From the NCBI GenBank assembly GCA_000697335.1, contig JNEM01013920.1, positions 1 to 44,476 on the forward strand: 44,476 bases of DNA, read 5' to 3'. The position numbers and the translations under genes are program-made. Under the pieces are notes generated by a model. That model did no database searches. It had not been told where the DNA came from and saw only the letters and a program-made list of their open reading frames with translations. Shown here piece by piece: positions 27,176 through 39,847 of this stretch (position 1 is the stretch's first letter; each line of letters opens with the position of its first letter). The stretch comes from Conidiobolus incongruus B7586 (Eukaryota).

Positions 27176-28839
27176 GATTAAGCTTCAAAAAAGAACCGAA
27201 TAATTTTGTGTTAATTTATGATAATCGAGATAATATAATGGAGCTGATATATATTATTCAGTGACCTAGTTTCAATGATTTTTCAATATAATTATTTCTT
27301 TAGAATTAAATTACTAATGCGAATTGGTTCTATATAATTTTGATTTCATCAAATAACACTGTTAATTGATTATTTAATTTAATTAATCTTGATTTGAATT
27401 TATCCCAAATTAATTATAATCAATTTTAATTTGCTAATTAATATACTTATTTTAATTGTATTTCTCCTTTTAAGCAGATCTATTACCATTTAAATACCCT
27501 TCAGAATTTAAGAAATTTCCAAAATATAACATTATCATATGTACCACATAGTTTTATAATATAGTTTGTAAATACATATTATTGAACAAACTCAAACCAT
27601 ATTTCAAATTTACACACAAAGTATTTAAATTTTTCCTACAATTTTAAGATGAAATATTTGATTCATTAAAACATCTAATATCTTTTTTTAGAGAAATTTA
27701 TGTACATAAAAAATGAGTAAGAAATATAAAATTTTGATTACAAAAATGACATATTTTATTCAAGTTGGTTTAAGTTATTTAATAAAAGAAAATTCAATGA
27801 CTTTCTCATCTTATTCTGAAAATCGCAAGTTATATAGGATAGTTATAAAAAAGGTATTAATACTAATATTCTTTAAATCATACTGAGATTTTTTTTCATA
27901 AATTAAAACTATTCATTTAAGTAACATAAATGGCAATCTTTACAAAATAATAATAACCACATACTTTAATACACTAATATAGAATATTTATTTATTATTA
28001 AAATTCAAACCTTTGTCAAATTGATATATTTTATTTTTTATAATATTTTTTATCCTATTTTCATATATTTTTTGATTATAAAAATTACAAGAAAAATTAT
28101 ATTTTAGTATATCACTATATTGTAAATAATTTTCAAATAATTTTCAATTATATGAAACTAATGACAAATTAAACATTATTCCAATACAATATATTTTCCA
28201 ATGTTATAAAATATAAATCATGGATTATTTAAATATTCGTTAATTACCAAATTTAATACAGTTTGAAATTGCAATTATTTATAAACAAATGATTAAGAAA
28301 TTAGATATATCTCAGAAATTTATAACTAATATTCTCATATTCTATATCCATAATAAATGAAATTATTTTTCATTTTTTTACTATTTTTTTAAATGAATTT
28401 TTATTATATTTAAGATGATTTATTATTATTAGATTTTATATTCCAAAAACAATATTATTTTATAGATAATTCAAAGATTAAAAATATAAAATATTCAAAA
28501 AAAGAATATAGTATTTAAAATAAAACTAAATATATATTTTTTCATAATATTATTTAGTAAAATAAATTAAAAATATGCCTTAAATTATTATAATGATATT
28601 TCAATGACAAATACAATGATATATATTCTCAATATATAGCGAATTTTAATATATCATTATTAGATTAGAGTTAGATATAAAAATATAATTTAGAGATTAA
28701 TTAATCTTTATTATTTTATTAAATTAAAATATATAATGACATATTAATTTTCATAGATATTAAAGGTTAAAATAACTTTAAGTATATATTTTTTTGGAAA
28801 ATCAATTAAGTATTATTTAATTTGTAAATTAAATAATTA

Positions 28840-30148
28840 TTATCTTAAATTTAAAATAATAGGAAATTTTTTAATTTCTGAGTTTTTCAAACATATTATT
28901 AATTTGATATATATAAATATATATAAAGTTAATAGGAAATAATATATTTTTAATATATATATATATATATAATAATTTTTTTGATTAAAAAATTAACTTT
29001 TTAAAATTGGTTGTTTAATTTAATTATGCTTAAACCAAATAGTAATCATCAAAAGTTTTTTATTTTAGTATTAGTAAAACTTAACCATAAATCCTTTAAA
29101 ATTATTTAAAATTTACAAACAACTTATAATAATAAAGTATTATTTAAATTAACAATTTATTACTAGGTAAATTACTTTAAAACTAAAAAAAATTATTTTA
29201 AACTTATTAAAATTTAAAAAATTAATTTTAACTATTATTTTTTTAATTATTAATAAAATGAAAAAATATATTAAAAAACACTTTTTTATTTTAGTTAAAG
29301 AATTATCTTAGTATTTTAATATTAGTTTTATAAGTATTTATATATATTAAAGTTTAAACTTAAATTAATAAATAAAAATATAAAATAAGTATCTTTTAAT
29401 TTAATTAAAACTTAAAAAAAAGTTAAAATAGTTATTATTAAATAAAACTTATTAAAATATCATTATAAGCTTAAACTTTTACAATAAATAATTATAACTG
29501 ATGAATTTTAAGTTTTTATATATAATCTTTTATTAAAACAAATTAAAATGTTAAATTAAATTAAATTAACCCTTTTTATAAATCCCTTTAAATAAATATT
29601 TTATTAATAAGTAAATATTAATTATTATAATAAATTATAATAGTATATACTATTTTTATTTAGTTTTTAAATGAAAATTAATTAATAATAAACTTTATAT
29701 TGTTTTTTAAATAAAACTATTTTTAATTAATATTCTTAATATAATTTAAGAAAACCTATTATTTTATAAGATAATTATAAAATACATAAATTTAAAGCTA
29801 TAAAAAACTTTCTAATTAAAAATAACTAGAAAAAACTACTATATCTAATATATTCTTTAGATTATAACTTATATAATTATAGTTGCTTTAAGTAATTAAA
29901 AAACCAGCTTACAAGAAAGAAAATTTTTACAGAAAAATTTAATTAGTTTTTGAAATATTAAATTTCAGTCTTTAATAAAAAGAATTATTTTTTAAGTGTT
30001 AAAAGTTTGTTAAAAATATAACAAAAAGTTATTAATAATAAAAAAAACTATTAAATTTATATTATATATTTATTTTTATATATCATATATTAAAATATTT
30101 ATTTATTTTTAATTGCAAAAAATTCCCATTATTAAAAATACAAAGTAA
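28840..30148 (+). mobile_element. Mariner (DD34D) transposon, subfamily B copy 2, dead
   Basis: TIRs with TA flanks (28838-39, 30149-50) and ATG at 29026. There are 34 codons between the second catalytic Asp (DN) and the degenerate third Asp after YSLDYNLY. It is a direct repeat of 10893-12202. Confidence 0.92.
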
Positions 30149-30285
30149 TATTATAACTTAATTCAAGATTTGATCTAACAAAAATCAATATATTAAATAT
30201 ATTAAATATAATAAATATTATAGTTTTGATAAATTTATTTAATATAAAATAGAATTGAAATTGATAATAAAAATTGTAAAGTTGA

Positions 30286-31405
30286 TTAGTTATGAACCAA
30301 TAAAACTTTGCTTCCTCTTCCAGGTTTCAAGGTCAGATTCATTGCGTCAGTGACCTTCTCTAATGGAAATCTAGTACCAGTGAATGGCTCATTTTCGTTT
30401 CCCAAAAGTTCAAATACTTTAGTCAAAACATCATTCAACTTGGCTTCACCAATATCTCTAACATATTTAGTTAGCCAGAATCCACTGTAGTTAATTTGTC
30501 TAAATATTAAATCTCTAGCATTTACATTCACTTGTACTCCTCCCAATCCTCCGTATAATATAATCAATCCATCATCTCTCACTGCTTGAGATAGTTTCAA
30601 ACCTAACTCTCCTCCAACAGCATCCACCGCACCATAAGCGAGTTGTCCATTGGTAATTCTTTTGATTTCTTGGACAATATCTGTTCCATCTTCGGTATTT
30701 AAAACCTCGTCAGCTCCAATTGCCTTGAGTTCTTCAATCTGCTCTTGACGTCTTACCAAGTTGATAGTCTTGACTCCTCTAGCCTTTGCAAATTGTATCA
30801 AAATTCGTCCTATCACGGATCCAGCAGCAGTTTGTAAGATATATTCACCTTTAGGAACATTGAGTCGATCCAACATTGCATAAGCTGTAACAGGGTTGAC
30901 AACCGCTTGGGCAGCAGATTCATCAGATACATTATCGGGAACAACGAATAAGTTATCTTCATTGTAAATAGCATAGTCAGTCCAAGCACCCACTTTAGTA
31001 ATTCCACCATGAGGCTTTCCTGGCAGGATCACGACTCTTTGGCCAACCTTGACTATAATCATACACACTTAGCATAATCATATTATCAGTTATTAAATTT
31101 TATATACCTGATGTAACTAATTTTCCAATTTCCACAACTTTTGCAACACCTTCTGACTATTAAAAATATTAATATCAATTACAAAATATTGAACAAATGT
31201 TACTTACCCCAGGAACTGCAGGATAAGAACCTGGCTGGAAGCCACTGTGAGCATCAGTGATACTAAACAAATTGGATGGGTTGACAGGGTTCAATAAAAA
31301 TTTGACCAAGACTTGATTATCTCCGGTAATTGTGGGCTTAGGAACTTCAACAACTTTGACATTTTCAAAACTATCACCTTGGTTAAACTGAACTTGTAAA
31401 GGTAT
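30286..31405 (-). CDS. MDR oxidoreductase paralog 3; exons 31405-31208, 31156-31108, 31052-30286; frame intact but ATA at the start position (possible young pseudogene)
   Basis: Exons 1 and 2 have the same sizes as in paralog 1 (198 and 49 bp). It begins ATA CCT TTA CAA GTT CAG, versus ATG CCT TAT CGA GTT CAG in paralog 1. An in-frame TAG lies three codons upstream. Confidence 0.8.
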
Positions 31406-32749
31406 TTTTATCTAAATAGTTTTTAATAATTAACATATCAACTCTTGTTAACTAGTTTATATAGCAACTAATTTTAAAAATGCTTTAATATCGCCATCTA
31501 TCACAATTTGACGATTCTTCAAATTATGTCTTAATTTGATGTAAATTACTAAGCAATTCAGCTTAATTTTCATTCTGAATTGCATGGAACTTATGAATAA
31601 TTATTAATCATAAGAATAAGTGGGAACAGAGTAAAGCAATTCTGAGGTAGCAGTTGGGAATATCTAACAAAATATCGTTATTTTTAGTAGATTCACTTTA
31701 ATTTTTTCATTTATTTCAATACAATTTATTGATTTTCGCATATTGAATTGAAAATTTCAATAATAATTTACATTAAATTTATATTATGTAATACTTGAAA
31801 AAAAATTTATAAAATTCATATTTCAGTTTTGTATTACTAAAATTTGAGTATAATCTATTACATCAATCAATATATGATCATTGTATATAGTTATGAAATA
31901 ATGATATTAATTATTAATTACACAATTGTATAATTACATAAGATATGTTATTATATTTTGGTATGTTTTTTACTATTGTAGCATTTGTAAGTTTTAACTT
32001 AGATTTGAGTATTCTGATATCGAATAATATTTGATCATTAAATATTAAAGTATATATTACATAATAATCTTTTTAGATTTATATTCAATATTAAAATTAC
32101 TTAGTTTTAATAGTTATTGTATTATTTATTTATTTATTGTATACTTAAATTTTTGTAACTTTATTACTTATTTTGTTATAATTAAAATAATTTTGTATTT
32201 AATATTTATTAATATAATTTGAATAATACGTCAATATTATTATTAAAAAAATACTTAACAATATAATATTGAATATTATACAATTATTTATTTTATAATA
32301 AATAATAATAAATCAAAATTTGTGTGGATATTTCAATTTTATTTTTCTTAGTAATAAATGCATGATTATTAAACTATAATATTGATTTATTCTATTGTTC
32401 CGTCTTATAATAAGTTTTTTTAATAAAAATGATTAATAATAAATTATTTAAATAGTTAATTCAGTGAATGCTATGATCTAACAAATAGTATTGCCTTAAC
32501 TATCCAATTGGGATGGATGCTTAATTTTGAAATGCAACACTATTGAAAATTATTAAATCTGATTAAGCCCTAAAATTTTTCCATTTTATTATTATACACC
32601 ATTATGTGATTTGATAAAATATAGGATAATTGTCTAATTTGAAATATTTTTCAAGTATCAATCTTACATAAATAAATATTATCACATTTATTACTCGCTT
32701 GAAAATTGACATAAATTCTTTTTTTAAATGTAATTAACTTTTATTAATT

Positions 32750-33290
32750 TTTATTATATATTTCTATTGAAAAGGATATATGTGTCAGCTACCTCTAACA
32801 TCCGCCAATGAGAAGCTGAAGAATTCACCAAGAAGTCATCGCATTGATGTATAAGGATTCCCCAACTCATTAGTAGACACACACGCATTGTCCAACGATT
32901 ACCACCCGTAGTTGACCAAGTTCCTCCCCGGCTAGCCATTACACATAAAAGGGCAAATGCTAATCCAAATACTGATGTCTGTGAGGACACTACAAGAGGA
33001 ACTTCCTTGAAAATTGCAGGAGGGAAAAGAAAATGTAACATTACCATTATAACAGTTAATTAATCTAAATAGAGTACTATAACTTTGAGGAAACTATATT
33101 ATTAGTTCTTGGATTTTCTTAAGGGAATGACCAGAATAGCTGAATGTGCTATTCTGGTGTGTTCTCTTATACTTTCTTGTCCCGTAGTAATTGTTTATTT
33201 ATCTTGAGTTGTTTCTGAGACCCTTAGATGTGTTCCTAATATACCCTATTTTGGGTAATGTCACGCTTACTCGTGAAAATATGTCACTAG
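32750..33290 (+). mobile_element. Probable non-autonomous Helitron or Helitron 3' end (5' boundary approximate)
   Basis: A GC-richer island ends in the hairpin TCACG-cttact-CGTGA (33261-76), a 10-nt spacer and CTAG (33287-90), followed by T. This is the canonical Helitron 3' signature. A 5' TC terminus is not cleanly identifiable. Confidence 0.55.
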
Positions 33291-33632
33291 TGATAAAATC
33301 AAATTTAATTATTATTCAATAATTTCAAAAATAATTTAGCCTAAATCTCAAGTTATAGCATTTCTTTATCATAGTTGATAGATGTGAATATATTCAATTG
33401 ATATTTAATAAATGTCTCAAATTATGAATTTATATTATTATACATTTAAATACCACATAGATGAAAATATAAATAGAAAAATATCATCTTGAGCTGAAAT
33501 GTCAATATATACTGTTAAAATATGTGAAATATAATATAAATTTAATCAAGTATTATCAAGGCTTATATTGTAAAATTGAAAAATTATTTTAATATTTAAA
33601 ATGTTTCTAATATGCTAGAACAAAATCGTAAA

Positions 33633-34702
33633 TTATTTCTTGTCGGAGTTGCTATAAAGATAGATTAGATAATAGAAATCTGTGAATAAACTATAAAGTT
33701 GACTTACTCAGCTTCGGAAACATTAAGTAATAGAGTTTCAGCATCCAATAATACACGGTTGTTTGATTTAGAGATAATAGTAGCGATATCTCTGGCAGTT
33801 TCAATCTTACGTAATTGGACGAAACCGGGCTTGTTCTTGATGGCTTCACCAATCAATTCAGCGGAACGAGCTTCACCTTGAGCTCTGACAATGATAGATT
33901 GCTTTTCTTGACGAGCTTTATCAACGACGAAAGCAGCACGTTGGGCCTCTTGTTGAGCGATTTGTTTAGCTTCAACAGCGTGTGTGAATTCGGGACTGAA
34001 AGATAAATGGGTAATAGAAACGTCATCCAAAATAATGTTGAATTTTTTGGCACGATCTGTAAGATTATCTCTGACCAATCTACTGACCTTTTCACGCATG
34101 GTAATAAGTTGAGAAGCATTAAACTGTGCTACAACGGATTTGAGAACTTCGTTAACAATAGAGGGTAAAACTCTTTCATCATAATCTTGTCCTAAGTCAC
34201 GATAGATAGTAGGAAGTTGAGTGACATCGGGACGGGATAAAACACGACAAGAAATGTCAACCATTTGAAGATCTAAAATTCATATAATTAAAAATAATGA
34301 AAGAAAGAAATTGAAAAATAATTTACCCTTGGTACCAGTGAGAGAAGCAATATTACGTGGCTTAGCACGGACATCGTAGATAATAGGAGTTTCTAACCAG
34401 GGGATACGAATGTGAGTTCCTTCGTTATATATATCAGGTTGGACACCAAACAATCTAGAGTATTTAATAGCACGATGACCACCCTCAACTAATTTAAGTT
34501 TAGTATATGAATTTATTTTTGTAAAGAATTTAATAAACTAACCGTTATACAAACTTTGAGTAGTACCGTAAGCTAAAAGGGCCAAACCAATTAAACCAGC
34601 ACCTCCACCAAAAATACCACCTGGAGAGGGACCACCTCTAGAATTGGTATTCTTTCTGTAGAGGGCTTTAAATAAGTTTTCAACAGATTGTCTTTGACTC
34701 AT
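33633..34702 (-). CDS. PHB2: Prohibitin-2; exons 34702-34543, 34488-34327, 34272-33708, 33651-33633 (301 aa)
   Basis: SPFH domain with [72 protein letters not shown] and [14 protein letters not shown] (PHB2-type). Introns are canonical. Confidence 0.95.
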
Positions 34703-35878
34703 GACTATGCATTTAATTAATGTGAATATTAAATATTAACAATTGTTGCTTATTATAATTACCAAAGAATTTTAATTGTTTTAATGATGACTTAATTACT
34801 ACAACCTGTAATACTATTTTCATTTCTATGATTCTTCGGAATTAAATTATTATGGGATTCTAAATCAATAAAGTTTTAGTTACAATTATACTGTATAAAG
34901 TTGATCGAATTGGATTACTTTTGTCCAAGTCCTGTATGGAGTTCAGAGACTTCAAGGGGTAAGCTCCAACATGAATGTTTGAAGACTGGCTTGGTTGACT
35001 TTTAAATAGTAAAGGAGTATGTTTCTAGCATCATTAGTATCTTAATCCATATTTATAATATATTAAAGACAATTGTAAGTTTTCCTTAATCAAAATTATA
35101 AATGCAAACATCTACAATTACCAGTTGTTTTGCTTGTATGACACTTATCATGATAATTATCTTGCACCAAAGGCACTCTCTTTTCTTTCTTAAGTAAGTT
35201 TTGTCTATATCATAAATGAAACAATCTTAACATTATTTTTTATTTTGATTTTTAGGTTTTAAATTCAAAAATATACCAATATGATATTATTTAACACACG
35301 ATTAGTAAGTTTATTATAAATCACATTCATAAAGCTTTTAACATTTTATTGAATGTTTTGATTATTTTAGTTATTTTATTAAGTTTTTGGTAATGAATTA
35401 TATTCATAATTATTTATTTTATAATGTATTATTGTTATAACAGAAAAAAAATTGCAATAATATTGATTAAATAAAAGAATAAAATAAGTATATCAAATTA
35501 TATATTATAACCAAAGGGTATTACCTATTAATTATTTTTTAAAAATTAATTATTGATATTGATATTGATATTGATTTTAATAATATAAAAATATAAAGTA
35601 AATCACCGAGCTTGATTTTTCAAGAATAATAATTATATTTAGGTTTTTGATATATAAATCCACTAACCTTCAATATTTTTAGTGAATAATAATCTATTTG
35701 AATAAAAATTAATATTAAATATTTTTGAAAAATAATTATTATTTTGAATTTCAATATAACATCATTTTTATAATTATTGTTTTTTGTTACTAATTCAATT
35801 TTTATCAAGTTTGGTATTTAATCAAATAGCTCATAATATATGTTGAGTATATAAGTTATAAAATTAGGCATATTCTTA

Positions 35879-37201
35879 TTAGTGTAGAAATTAAGTAATG
35901 GCACAATTTTAAAATTAAAATTAAACAAATAAATTAATAAATAATATATAAAAATTAATAAATAATATAAAATTAATAGCCTCTTTTATTATTAATAACT
36001 CTTTTCTATATTTTTGGTAAGCTTCTAATACTTAAAAAACAGTTCTTTTTATTAAAGACTGAAATTTGATATTTCACAAACCAATTTAATTTGTTTACAG
36101 GAATTTTTTTCTTACAAGCTGTTTTTTTAATTGTCTAAAACAATTATAATCACATAGGTTATAATCAGGTAAATATACTAGATATGGTAACTCCCTCTAA
36201 TTTTTTTATATATAAAATCTTTTATAGCTTTAGCTTTATGTATTTTATAATTATTATGTAAAATAATAGGTGTCTTTAATTTATATTGAGAACACTATTT
36301 AAAAATTGTTTTATTTAAAAAAATAATATATAACTTACTATTAATTAATTTTCTTTGAGGTATTAAATAAAAAAACTATATACTATTATAATCTATTACA
36401 ATAATTAACATTTATTTATATTTAAAGTGTTTATTCATTGGAATTTGTAGAGGGGATTAATTTAGTTTAACTTAACATTTTGTTTTATTTTTAAATAAAG
36501 GATTATATAAAGGAATTTAAAATTCATTAATTATAAGTATTTATTGTAAAAACCTTTGTTTTTAGTTATACTTTAATAAGTTTAGTTTAGTTATAACTAC
36601 TCTAGTTTTTTTTAGGCTTTTGTTAAATTATAAGGTATTTATTTTATATTTTTATTAATTAATCTAAGTTTAAACTTAAGTAAATATAACATACTTATAT
36701 AATTAATATTAAATTGTTTTAATAATTCTTTAATAGAAATAAAAAGGTATTTCTTAATATATTTTTTTACTCTATTAGTAAATAAAAAAGTAATAGTAAA
36801 AATTAATCTTTTAGATTTTGGTAAATTTTAAATAATGTCCCTTCTAGCTTTAAAATTATAAATCTAGTGATATATGGTAGTTTTAGATAAAATACTATTT
36901 TTATAAGCTGTTTACAAGTTTTAAATGATTTTAAAGGGTTTATAGTTAAATTTTAAAGATACAAAAATAAAAACCTTTTGATAATCACAATCTATTTTAA
37001 GCATGATTAAATTTAAGTATAAATTTTAAAATCAAAATATTTTAATAAAAAAAAGAATTAAAATTAAATATATATATATATATAGTTTGAAAATATTTAT
37101 TTTCCTATATATATTATATATATATATAATTTTTCAAAATGTATAATATGTTTGAAAGATCAGAAATTAAAAAATTTGCCATTTCTTAATTTCTATACTA
37201 A
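35879..37201 (-). mobile_element. Mariner (DD34D) transposon, subfamily A copy 2, dead
   Basis: Reverse-complement homolog of 4830-6166. TIRs with TA flanks (35877-78, 37202-03), ATG at 37004 and YLPDYNLCDY motif. Confidence 0.93.
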
Positions 37202-37595
37202 TATTAATAGATGATGCTTGGATAAAGATAACCAATAATTTTTAGTTACTATCTTTATAATATAAAACATAAAGCTTTGGTGGCAATAAAGCAGCTTTCT
37301 TTTAGTTCATATATATTCTTTTTTAATATTATTGTTAATCAAATCTTTATAATATTTTTTATTCATGAAAATAACTTTAAACAAAAAAAATTCCAATATA
37401 AATCTCATCTAGTCTGTAACCTATTGAATTGAAACTAAAGAATTTTATAACAATATATTATTTTTATTATACAGAATAAAATATCAATTTTGAACATATT
37501 ATATTTATTTTGAATAATTTTATTAATATTTTTAACATTAATAATTAAATAACATTATTAATTTTTCTTATTTAATTATATTTAATAAATATAAT

Positions 37596-38116
37596 TATCA
37601 AGACCAAACAAACATAGATTGACCTGTGGTTCAGGTAGCCATGAATAATGTTCCCCTAAGGTATTAAATATATGAAAAATCATCATAACCATTAGAATCT
37701 TATATAAAACTCCAATCCTACTGATAATTAAAAGTCCCAAAATATTACAAAAATAGGGTTAATACAAATAAGATAGTATAAAGTATCATATATAATTTTA
37801 GAGGAAGTGATGGGAGGTTAATATTGAACTTATCAAGTAAACTAAATATGGATATATTAAAGAGCCAATTTTATATTATTTAATAAAGGTCATTTCTGAT
37901 AATAGAAATATAATTTGTTATTTTAGAGTGATTTTATTAATAATCAATATAAATATTTTGCTTAAAATATTGACCTTAAGTAGATAAGATATTTATATTA
38001 GACTAGAGAAAAAGGGGCTTATTATTCCAATGGTTAGAAGTTAAAAGTTGCCCAATTATTAAGGTTTTACAGTTAAACTTATATAGTTGACAGGTAAATA
38101 AAAGTATATTGCAACA
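37596..38116. repeat. Possible degenerate solo LTR or other repeat remnant
   Basis: A GC-richer island with no CpG seen, bounded by ATAAT on both sides (37591-95, 38117-21) and ending in CA. The terminal inverted match is ambiguous, with an alternative end TTGACA at 38092. Confidence 0.3.
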
Positions 38117-39847
38117 ATAATATATAATTCATAATTATAAGATATTAGCTTAATATTAAATATATATTTATAAACTATTTGATTAGATTATTTTTTTAAT
38201 ATTTTTATTAAGAATTAACTTATATTATTTTTTTAAAGATAGATTTAAATTAATATTATAAAAAATAAAGTTTTTTATATCAATATTGATAAATTCAATA
38301 ATAATTATTTTATATATCTTAATTTATTAATTTTTGAAATTATAATTTTCTTAATATAACTTAATTTTATTTCAATTAATGATTAATAAAAAAACTGAAA
38401 AATAATTGATATATTTTATTTTTTATTAATAAATATTTTTAATTCATTGAATATATAACTTTAATATTTTAATACATTGATTTCTTAAGCTTTTAATTAA
38501 TTCAATATTATTTTATAATTATTTTAAATATAATCAATATTATTCATACTTGTTTAAAAAAAATTGAATATATTAATTAAAATTATTTTTAGAAATTTAA
38601 TATTATTTTAGAGTAATAATATAGTTTCAATATTGAAAATGATAATTTATCTTAATTTTAATAAAATATTTATATTTATGCTCAAGGCCAATGGAAATAA
38701 TAAAAAGAGCTGAATAATTATATATTTGATTAACTTTATAGTTTTATTAATTATTATTGTATTCAACTAATCTATATATTTAAACCTCTGATAGATAATA
38801 TAATCTTATTTGGATTAAACTATCTCATATCATTTTGAAAATTTTATAAGCTATTTTATACAAATAGATCGTATTACTATAGATCCTTAAAATATATATT
38901 ATTACTTTGACCTATTGTGTACTTATTTTATAAATAATATAGAGCTTATTCTTTCAAAAATTATATAGAATAAAATATTATTTTTTCATTCAATAATTAC
39001 AATAATTAAGAAACCTGATCAAGGGTTTATTGCAATACAATATAATGTATTTATAGATTTATTACTCAACTAGCTTAATATTTTTTAAAATATAATTAAA
39101 TTTTAAGTTAAATTTTATTAAAATATGATATTGATTTAATCCAAAATCATTCTCATTTACTCTTCCATATTTACTTATTAAAATTAAACTCATCATTTGT
39201 TTTTAAAATTCTTATATTTATTTAATTAAATAATTGAAATTATTTTTTTATAAATATTATATACAAATTCATTGATCATAATGTATATCCTTTTGGTTAT
39301 CTATTTTATTAATATAATTGAAAGATATATATAAAAATAATTAATATGATTAATTCAAAAAATTTTTTTGATACTAAATAATTTATTATTTTGTATGAAT
39401 TGATATAAATAAAATCAACACATTTCATTGTTTGCAATATTAATAGGCAATTTTAAAATTATTTCTTAAAAAAATTGAAAAACAAAAATTAATAATGGTG
39501 TAAATATGTTTTTGGATTTTTTGACAAATTTGTTGGTATATATAGACCAAATTTATATAATATCTTTAAAAAATTAAAATTAGTAAAATATTTTATACAT
39601 TATTTAACCTTGCAAAAATACTTTGATATAAAGATTTTAATGGTATAAATACTATTTATTAGAATTTAGTATAACTTTAATTGTTTTAGCAAACTACGTA
39701 GCAAACTAATTTTAAGAAATTCAATGTATATTATATATTTATATATTAAATATTAATAGATCAAATAATCTACTATGGATTAACTGAAAATATTTTTTAA
39801 AATTCAATTATTAAGGCAAAATTAATTTATTTTGATTTTTGATATAA

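Noticed and set aside
33018..33290. PPT plus 3' LTR reading of the GC-rich island
   Set aside because: No matching CA-ending inverted terminus or TSD was found. The Helitron-type 3' end explains the boundary better, though this reading is not fully excluded.
33699..34119. Short ORFs overlapping PHB2, and similar ones over the MDR, zinc-finger and thioesterase genes
   Set aside because: Shadow frames of real CDSs with no independent motifs.
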